Below the pieces are notes generated by a model. The model was not told the origin of the DNA, searched no databases, and worked only from the letters and a program-made list of their open reading frames with translations. Below, in pieces: positions 12,736 to 19,485 of a stretch of DNA of 64,000 nucleotides; position 1 is the stretch's first letter, and each line of letters opens with the position of its first letter. The stretch is from an uncultured virus (IMG/VR IMGVR_UViG_2061766007_000697) (lineage: Duplodnaviria; Heunggongvirae; Uroviricota; Caudoviricetes). Position numbers and translations under genes: made by a program. The stretch lies in IMG/VR virus record IMGVR_UViG_2061766007_000697; one strand, written 5' to 3'.

Positions 12736-13328
12736 ATGTATGCTGGCATCTTTATCGCAGTCGCAGCGATCCTTTATGTCAGATGCGACAACCCCATTGT
12801 TGGAGCAGTGCTGTTCTCTGTAGGCCTGCTGTCTTGTTTGATCTATCAGGCGAAACTCTGTACAGGCTTGGCTAATTCCCCGTGGCACCAGCTTTATAAG
12901 CCCTGGAGAAAAGATGCCAGATTACAGTGCTGGCTTAAAGAACAATCCGCGTGGCTTCTGTTATATGTGATCAACTGCTTCTTTGCCATGTGGCTAGGCT
13001 GTTGCGCGCGTATATGTATAGATGTAGATAGAGCAGTAGACATTGTACAGACCAAAGTAAGTCATCCTTGGTATTGGATTCTGTTCATGGGATTGCTCTG
13101 TGGTATCTGCATCCAGTGTGGTGTACACGCATTCAAGAAGAGTAGAGAGTATTGGCCTTTTGTCGTGCTCTGTGTAGCAAGCTTCCTTATGATGGGAGCA
13201 GAACACTGTGTAGCCGATGCAGCCNNNNNNNNNNNNNNNNNCTGGAGTTCGGCTTTAAGTGTGCAGAGCTTATCGGCGTGTCTGGTTTAGGCAACTTGCT
13301 TGCCGGTGCGCTATTTTATAAGTTGTAA
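12736..13328 (+). CDS. Formate/nitrite transporter (FNT) family channel
   Basis: Hydrophobic; motifs AGIFIA, LFSVGL, LCTG, GLLCG, F..GAEHCVAD typical of short FNT proteins; RBS ggagg; C-terminus follows a gap, end approximate. Confidence 0.8.
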
Positions 13329-13341
13329 CAAAGGAGCTTCT

Positions 13342-13614
13342 ATGCAACCACCAGCACATTCTGCAGAATTCGTGAGAAGACTTTACTTGTCGAATGCTGC
13401 ACCAATAAAGTCAGGTGTGTTGCGTGTTATGCTTATCGAAGCCGGCATCAAGGAAGCAAAGTGTGAGATCTGCGGATTATCTGAGTGGATGGGAATGCCT
13501 ATACCGTTAGAGCTGCACCATAAGAACTGTAATCATTTCGACAACTCAGAGGATAACGTCATGATATTGTGTCCAACATGTCATGCGCAGATAACAAGAC
13601 ACATATCAGAGTGA
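13342..13614 (+). CDS. HNH endonuclease (zinc-binding)
   Basis: CEICG...LELHHKNCNHFDNSEDNVMILCPTCH; RBS aaggag. Confidence 0.9.
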   Translation: MQPPAHSAEFVRRLYLSNAAPIKSGVLRVMLIEAGIKEAKCEICGLSEWMGMPIPLELHHKNCNHFDNSEDNVMILCPTCHAQITRHISE

Positions 13615-13652
13615 GTTACTATAGTGGTGGCTCATTGACAAGCGAAAGAAAT

Positions 13653-13911
13653 GCAAACTCAAGAAATGTTGGCTCAGAGGCAGCCATCATCTAAGGAGTG
13701 CGGGGNNNNNNNNNNTGATGCCTGCTGCTATGGCATATAAATGATCAACTCTAGAGCTCTGATCTATTAAAGTCATATGTCAGGTATGTGTCTATGATGT
13801 GCTGCTGGGAACAACGGGAATAAGTGAGGTTAAAGACCTCCACGTAGGTTAGAAGGTGGCCACCTACTATGACGTAGCCTGCTTTGGCGTAATAGCACAT
13901 CAAGAGTTTGT
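13653..13911 (+). ncRNA. 23S rRNA H43-H44 (L11-binding, GTPase-associated centre) mimic with ~187-nt insert
   Basis: ATGTTGGCTCAGAGGCAGCCATCATCTAAGGAGTGC ... GTAATAGCACAT aligns to E. coli 23S nt ~1057-1104; closed by gcaaactc/gagtttgt stem. Confidence 0.75.
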
Positions 13912-13920
13912 TTTAGTTTT

Positions 13921-14008
13921 GGCGTCTTGGCAGAGCACTCGATTGCAGACGGTCTGAACCCGTCCGTGGGTAATACCACCGCGTGTGGAAATCACGCAGA
14001 CGCCGCCA
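13921..14008 (+). tRNA. tRNA-Ser(UGA), atypical loops
   Basis: Acceptor GGCGTCT/AGACGCC, discriminator G, CCA; anticodon stem GACGG/CCGTC with loop TC-TGA-AC; long variable arm. Confidence 0.75.
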
Positions 14009-14016
14009 ATGATTTT

Positions 14017-14092
14017 TGCAGGCTATAGATCCGGTGATCTTGCCAGGTTCATACCCTGGAAAGCAGCGTTCGACTCGCTGGCNNNNNNNNNN
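14017..14092 (+). tRNA. tRNA with CAU anticodon (Met/fMet/Ile2); 3' end in gap
   Basis: CCAGG-TTCATAC-CCTGG anticodon arm; CAGCG-TTCGACT-CGCTG T arm. Confidence 0.75.
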
Positions 14093-14113
14093 NNNNNNNN
14101 NNNNNAGTCATAA

Positions 14114-14190
14114 GGAGCTGTATTTCAATTGGTTAGAAAAGCAGTCTCATAAACTGCAAGTTGCAGGACCGTACCCTGCCAGCTCCACCA
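14114..14190 (+). tRNA. tRNA with CAU anticodon (Met or Ile2)
   Basis: GGAGCTG/CAGCTCC-A-CCA; GCAGT-CTCATAA-ACTGC. Confidence 0.85.
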
Positions 14191-14197
14191 ATTTCAT

Positions 14198-14305
14198 GCG
14201 TGTCAGCCAACTGTTGGCTCCGCCGATGCCTGGTGCGATCTGCAATAGTGCCAGGACAGGTACCCATCGGCCTGACGCTGGGTTAGAATCCCAGGGCACG
14301 TTCCA
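14198..14305 (+). ncRNA. tRNA-like RNA with greatly extended anticodon arm (Cys-like)
   Basis: GCGTGTC/GGCACGT-T-CCA acceptor; CTGGG-TTAGAAT-CCCAG T arm; nested GCCGATG/CATCGGC and CCTGGTGC/GTGCCAGG stems capped by CTGCAAT. Confidence 0.6.
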
Positions 14306-14315
14306 TTTTCGATAT

Positions 14316-14462
14316 GGGTAGTTACAACGGTGTAGAATGGGCTTTTGCAGTAAGCCCAGGATTATCCGAATGTAGCCTTGACAAGCACTTACAGCATAGA
14401 ACACGTGACAATGTGCTGCGGAGGTTCGGAGAGGCACTGGTGAGACCCCGGTACTACCACCA
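14316..14462 (+). ncRNA. tRNA-like RNA with ~75-nt variable region
   Basis: GGTAGT/ACTACC-A-CCA; ACTGG-TGAGACC-CCGGT T-like arm; TGGGCTT-TTGCAGT-AAGCCCA arm. Confidence 0.55.
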
Positions 14463-14467
14463 GTTTT

Positions 14468-14543
14468 GGGCGGTTAGCTCAGTGATTAGAGCGTTTGCTT
14501 TACACGCAAAATGTCGGGGGTTTGAACCCCTCACCGCCTACCA
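14468..14543 (+). tRNA. tRNA-Val(UAC)
   Basis: Canonical cloverleaf; TTTGC-TTTACAC-GCAAA; CCA end. Confidence 0.92.
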
Positions 14544-14548
14544 TTCAT

Positions 14549-14677
14549 GCACCGTGCACTACCTGATCAGTAAAGTGCGCCATATGCAGATAGAACAAGC
14601 TGCGCTCTGTACTAGTTAAAGAGCGTGAAAAGCACTGGAGTGCGGATACGTAGGTAATGACCTATGGCGGTGCACCA
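14549..14677 (+). ncRNA. CCA-ended tRNA-like RNA (129 nt)
   Basis: GCACCGT/GCGGTGC-A-CCA acceptor; CGTAGG/CCTATG T-like arm; internal GCACT/AGTGC and CGCTCT/AGAGCG hairpins. Confidence 0.5.
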
Positions 14678-14693
14678 TTTAATACGAGGACAT

Positions 14694-15062
14694 ATGCCAG
14701 ATCCAAACGAAGTAAAGATCAATCCGTCTATAGATACACACGGGCTCTCTGAAAAAGATTACATGGAGTCTATTACTGCTTGGCGTGATGCTGTAATGGG
14801 TAGAACGGATGCAGTCCATCTATCAGAAGGGCTCTGTAGCCTACCAGAAGATGAGATGTCTACAACAGCACAGGAAGCTTTCGATAATTTCATACAACAG
14901 CTACAAGTCCCACAGGAGCCCATATTCATCGGCACCCCAAGAGGGCGCTCATTCTTAGACGTTTTTACCAATGCCCCTATAGAGATGCCAGAACATCTAG
15001 TCCATTGGCATCAGCGCGTCGATGATCCCGATAACATCGACAGTAACATAAACGAAATATGA
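14694..15062 (+). CDS. Hypothetical protein
   Basis: gagga RBS before ATG (MPDPNEV...). Confidence 0.55.
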   Translation: MPDPNEVKINPSIDTHGLSEKDYMESITAWRDAVMGRTDAVHLSEGLCSLPEDEMSTTAQEAFDNFIQQLQVPQEPIFIGTPRGRSFLDVFTNAPIEMPEHLVHWHQRVDDPDNIDSNINEI

Positions 15063-15072
15063 AAGGCTAATC

Positions 15073-15257
15073 ATGAAACATCTGATTACGCTGGCTGCCA
15101 TTGTAGCTCTCCTCACTGTGTCCGCTTGCAAGAAGGCTGACAAGACCGAGGAACCAGCTACNNNNNNNNNNNNNNNNNNNNNNNNNNNNNNNNNNNNNNN
15201 NNNNNNNAGCAGCCCAGACCATCGTTGCTACGCCTGTGGAAGAAGCCAAGGCTGAAT
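15073..15257 (+). CDS. Small lipoprotein
   Basis: Signal peptide with lipobox LTVSA-C. Confidence 0.7.
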
Positions 15258-15440
15258 AAGCCACAAGACAACAGATCTATGCGCTAAAGGAGATTGGCAC
15301 CTTGATGACGCATAGACGGCGGGCTTACTGTTTAAGTCAAAGCGATTCCTATAGGCCGTGCCTAGGCCAGGGTCTCTAATATCGCACCAGTGCTGCTTGN
15401 NNNNNNNNNGCACCATTAACGCTGAATAAAGGATTTCAAC

Positions 15441-16013
15441 ATGAAATACAAAGTCTTCATCGTATCCCTCGTCCTCTTCTCGTTTGCTCTTCTGGTTACT
15501 GCATGCGGACACAATATTGCTACACAGACCAAAGGCATCGGTATTGATGTCAGCTGGACTGGTAATAGTTATGTGCCGAATCTGAAGCTCGGTTACTGGG
15601 ATGACAACAATGCTGTTGTCCGTGGTAATACTACAGTTTCATCCAGCACTGCTAGCGGTGGTAATGTTATCGGTGGCGGAGGCGGTACTTCTCAGACGCT
15701 GCAGATAGCTACCGGTACACAGGTGAATGAGGGTTACATCAAGGACATTTTGACGGATCCTAATCTAGATACTGTGACTAAGGTGGCATTTGTGGAAGCG
15801 CTGACGAAGCTGCAGCAACCACAGACGGCTAACGCCTATAACCAGACCACATCGACTGCAAGCGGTATTACTAAGGAGACTGTTGAAGTGCCTGATCCGG
15901 AACAGCAGATCAAGGATACCGAGCAGGAGATCGAGGTACTTATTAAGAAGCTGGAAACACTTGAGAGGAGTGCCGATGCTCCAAAGGCTGTACCAGCTGC
16001 GGAACAGAAGTAA
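15441..16013 (+). CDS. Lipoprotein
   Basis: Signal peptide with lipobox LVTA-C; aagga RBS. Confidence 0.75.
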   Translation: MKYKVFIVSLVLFSFALLVTACGHNIATQTKGIGIDVSWTGNSYVPNLKLGYWDDNNAVVRGNTTVSSSTASGGNVIGGGGGTSQTLQIATGTQVNEGYIKDILTDPNLDTVTKVAFVEALTKLQQPQTANAYNQTTSTASGITKETVEVPDPEQQIKDTEQEIEVLIKKLETLERSADAPKAVPAAEQK

Positions 16014-16021
16014 GTGAACAT

Positions 16022-16096
16022 CTGGGTGTAGCTCAGAGGCAGAGCGCGTGCTTTGGGAGCATGAGGTCGAGATTTCAACATTCTCCACCCAGACCA
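16022..16096 (+). tRNA. tRNA-Pro(UGG)
   Basis: CTGGGTG/CACCCAG-A-CCA; CGTGC-TTTGGGA-GCATG. Confidence 0.9.
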
Positions 16097-16105
16097 TTAA
16101 TATAT

Positions 16106-16195
16106 GCCCAGGTCGCAGCACGGCCGACGCAGCACCCTTGTAATGTGCCAAAGGATCTAAAACATCCGAAGTGAGTTCGACTCTCACCCTGGGCT
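16106..16195 (+). tRNA. Type II tRNA, Tyr-like body with ambiguous anticodon loop (GUA or UGU)
   Basis: GCCCAGG/CCTGGGC; GTGAG-TTCGACT-CTCAC; long variable arm; GCAC-CCTTGTAAT-GTGC; no encoded CCA. Confidence 0.6.
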
Positions 16196-16206
16196 TGACC
16201 TTTTAT

Positions 16207-16283
16207 GCTCGTGTAACCGAATTGGCATAGGTATCAGAATTAGAATCTGAGTTTTGAGTGTTCGACCCACTCCACGAGCACCA
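16207..16283 (+). tRNA. tRNA-Leu(UAG) with short variable loop
   Basis: GCTCGTG/CACGAGC-A-CCA; TCAGA-ATTAGAA-TCTGA. Confidence 0.85.
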
Positions 16284-16319
16284 TCCTTTACCACCAACCA
16301 TTAGTAAGGAGACAACACT

Positions 16320-16721
16320 ATGAAAAAGTTTTTGATTACTACTATTCTTTTCATGTTGGCGCTTACTGTGGTTGCCAACGACGAGCTCTATAAGATGGTT
16401 TACCAGATTCCGCTCGATCTGTCGATAGGTATAGAGCAGCCGAAGGAAGCAAAGCTAAACGATTTCACAGCTGTTATGGCACCTGTAGCACCTGTCAGGC
16501 TTGTTACATCGTCCGGTGCAGGAGAACATATAGATGAGCATTTCAGTGACTGGTACAAATACGATTTTGCAGAGGAGCCATTTGATGGTCGTCTGGAGAT
16601 GCTGGTAATGGGCGAACCGTTGCCCACACCTCTAACGACGCTGCTGGTCGCTCTTGGCACCATCGGCATAATATTAATGAATAATAACAGGTGGTCTAAA
16701 CAGGACAAGACGCTGCGATAA
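16320..16721 (+). CDS. Secreted protein with C-terminal PEP-CTERM-like sorting signal
   Basis: N-terminal signal peptide; GEPLPTPL + TM helix + basic tail. Confidence 0.65.
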   Translation: MKKFLITTILFMLALTVVANDELYKMVYQIPLDLSIGIEQPKEAKLNDFTAVMAPVAPVRLVTSSGAGEHIDEHFSDWYKYDFAEEPFDGRLEMLVMGEPLPTPLTTLLVALGTIGIILMNNNRWSKQDKTLR

Positions 16722-16756
16722 GCGGAGATACTGGTTCGAGCCCAGTCTTGTAACTT

Positions 16757-16779
16757 GCCGTCCATATGGGCGGCTTTTT
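16757..16779 (+). terminator. Intrinsic terminator
   Basis: gccgtcca-ta-tgggcggc-ttttt. Confidence 0.7.
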
Positions 16780-16794
16780 CGTATAAGGAGAAAC

Positions 16795-17218
16795 ATGGAA
16801 AAGTTAATAAACCCAATTGTGCTCTTCTGGTTGTGTATGCTGCTGCATCTTATAGCGGACTACACAATGCAAGGAGTGCTGGCCTCACTTAAGCAAAGGA
16901 AGTGGTGGGCAGAAGAGCTTAAGAAGATAGCCTACTCTACGAAAGAGCCTAAGAGGCCAGAGGAGCAGGAGTTTATCTTCAGCCATTATAGATACGATTA
17001 TTTGGCAGGTCTGGCATGTCATGCGATGATGTGGTCGAGCATGATGTGTCTACCGTTATTGATGGTGTGTACGCCAAGTNNNNNNNNNNNNNNNNNNNNN
17101 NNNNNNNNNNNNNNNNNNNNATGATCTGAAGGCAAACCTTTGCTGCATTAATTTGTGGCAGGATCAGTTGCTGCATATTGCACAGATAACGGTAACTGTC
17201 GGTATATTAGCTTATTGA
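16795..17218 (+). CDS. DUF3307-like membrane protein
   Basis: LHLIADYTMQG ... HAMMWS ... DLKAN...WQDQLLHIAQ motifs (joined across gap). Confidence 0.7.
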
Positions 17219-17229
17219 TTGCGAATTAC

Positions 17230-17463
17230 GTGGGTGGTTCACCCACAGGGAACTATTGGCAAGAGATAAAAGAAAGAGCGCTTTATTGCGAACGAGTAAC
17301 CCCATTCGTCGGCGAGATTGGTCTCGCCGACGACTCGGCCACTCTCTGCAATAAAGTTGTCACCGAAAGGATTGGATCCAGATCTTGAATGAAATCTGGA
17401 TCCAATCCTTCGTCTCTAGTCTCAACCCGGAAGCACACATCTGAACCTAGTGTGCTTCCGGGT
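17230..17463. repeat. Cluster of perfect inverted repeats
   Basis: 12 bp (17306-17333), 17 bp (17367-17410), 14 bp (17425-17463) and 7 bp (17230-17246). Confidence 0.85.
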
Positions 17464-18160
17464 NNNNNNNNNNNNNNNNNNNNNNNNNNNNNNNNNNNNN
17501 NNNNNNNNNNNNNNNNNNNNNNNNNNNNNNNNNNNNNNNNNNNNNNNNNNNNNNNNNNNNNNNNNNNNNNNNNNNNNNNNNNNNNNNNNNNNNNNNNNNN
17601 NNNNNNNNNNNNNNNNNNNNNNNNNNNNNNNNNNNNNNNNNNNNNNNNNNNNNNNNNNNNNNNNNNNNNNNNNNNNNNNNNNNNNNNNNNNNNNNNNNNN
17701 NNNNNNNNNNNNNNNNNNNNNNNNNNNNNNNNNNNNNNNNNNNNNNNNNNNNNNNNNNNNNNNNNNNNNNNNNNNNNNNNNNNNNNNNNNNNNNNNNNNN
17801 NNNNNNNNNNNNNNNNNNNNNNNNNNNNNNNNNNNNNNNNNNNNNNNNNNNNNNNNNNNNNNNNNNNNNNNNNNNNNNNNNNNNNNNNNNNNNNNNNNNN
17901 NNNNNNNNNNNNNNNNNNNNNNNNNNNCAGTAACTAAAGAGTAGCAGCGCGAAGTCACCGTTATAGCTGGAGGCGTCCTGTCAGTGAGAAGCTCCGTATT
18001 CTAGAAACTTTTGTGTTGAATCGCAGCTGGTTCAGTTGCGCCTTGACTAAAGCGTCAGGATTTTATCAATACACTCAGAACACAAATTAATACAGATTTG
18101 ATATTGTGTCCGATCCGGGCACAGTTGCATAATTGTAAACAATTTATCAAACAATGCCAT

Positions 18161-18270
18161 TATGCAACGATCAATGTATGATCAACTACGCCTTATACAT
18201 TGCATTTGATGCTTAATCGCACAATTGCAATATATAAGGACTAAGTTGATCATACATTGATCGTTGCATA
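18161..18270. repeat. Long inverted repeat (27-bp perfect arms plus inner 13/14-bp arms)
   Basis: tatgcaacgatcaatgtatgatcaact / agttgatcatacattgatcgttgcata. Confidence 0.92.
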
Positions 18271-18695
18271 GCATAAGAAATCTNNNNNNNNNNNNNNNNN
18301 NNNNNNNNNNNNNNNNNNNNNNNNCGGTTCGATTGCGCATGGCTCAGTGAACATCTACATTAGAGACCAAATCGATGTACGCAACCACGAGCTTAACACC
18401 ACTGATGCCACTCGCTGCGCTCACCGCCGACAAGTGGTATTACAGGTTACCATCCGCTATTCTTTTTGTTAGCCTACCCGAGCCCCGCGCTTCGCTAGGC
18501 TCGCTCGACACCAAAAAGAGCCGCATCCTGGTAACCTGTAATACAGTCGTCTTGGCACCAGTGGTGGTACCATCTCTTAAGAAACAGTTAATGCAGTTGA
18601 TAATGCGGGTGGTTCACTCGCACATACGTTTTGTATGATATCAATAAAGAATCTGCAAATTCCGCTAATGCCAAGTCTCGCGTCGCCACACAACG

Positions 18696-19457
18696 CTAAA
18701 GCAACTTACGGATGCATACGCAGCTAAAGCTTCTCCTGCATCCGACCGTTGTAGCTNNNNNNNNNNNNNNNNNNNNNNNNNNNNNNNNNNNNNNNNNNNN
18801 NNNNNNNNNNNNNNNNNNNNNNNNNNNNNNNNNNNNNNNNNNNNNNNNNNNNNNNNNNNNNNNNNNNNNNNNNNNNNNNNNNNNNNNNNNNNNNNNNNNN
18901 NNNNNNNNNNNNNNNNNNNNNNNNNNNNNNNNNNNNNNNNNNNNNNNNNNNNNNNNNNNNNNNNNNNNNNNNNNNNNNNNNNNNNNNNNNNNNNNNNNNN
19001 NNNNNNNNNNNNNNNNNNNNNNNNNNNNNNNNNNNNNNNNNNNNNNNNNNNNNNNNNNNNNNNNNNNNNNNNNNNNNNNNNNNNNNNNNNNNNNNNNNNN
19101 NNNNNNNNNNNNNNNNNNNNNNNNNNNNNNNNNNNNNNNNNNNNNNNNNNNNNNNNNNNNNNNNNNNNNNNNNNNNNNNNNNNNNNNNNNNNNNNNNNNN
19201 NNNNNNNNNNNNNNNNNNNNNNNNNNNNNNNNNNNNNNNNNNNNNNNNNNGTCTCGCTGGCCATTACGACCGCGTAGAATAATCTCACCAGATATAGCCT
19301 CGAGTAAACCTATGCCATCAAAAGACATGATAGCATTCGATAGTCCGGCGTACATATCGGCGCCTTTATCGGTCTTGATGTCTTTGATCTTACCATATGC
19401 ATCGGTTTCTGGTTCTGGAATGGGGGTATTAGAAAGGATAATATCTTCTTCAGTCAT
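18696..19457 (-). CDS. Hypothetical protein downstream of terminase (mostly gap; end uncertain)
   Basis: aaggag RBS before ATG 19457. Confidence 0.5.
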   Translation of the reverse strand: MTEEDIILSNTPIPEPETDAYGKIKDIKTDKGADMYAGLSNAIMSFDGIGLLEAISGEIILRGRNGQRDXXXXXXXXXXXXXXXXXXXXXXXXXXXXXXXXXXXXXXXXXXXXXXXXXXXXXXXXXXXXXXXXXXXXXXXXXXXXXXXXXXXXXXXXXXXXXXXXXXXXXXXXXXXXXXXXXXXXXXXXXXXXXXXXXXXXXXXXXXXXXXXXXXXXXXXXXXXXXXXXXXXXXATTVGCRRSFSCVCIRKLL

Positions 19458-19485
19458 GTTATCTCCTTGTTTGTATTAATGTATA

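Noticed and set aside
13653..13911. True rRNA gene
   Set aside because: Only H43-H44 is present, flanked by an HNH gene and tRNAs
15276..15415. Further CCA-ended ncRNA
   Set aside because: Hairpins and two gcacca ends are present, but no coherent fold and a gap interrupts it
16686..16753. Additional tRNA overlapping the end of the sorting-signal gene
   Set aside because: Good T arm (ACTGG-TTCGAGC-CCAGT) but a 5-nt anticodon loop, weak acceptor and no CCA; at most a relic
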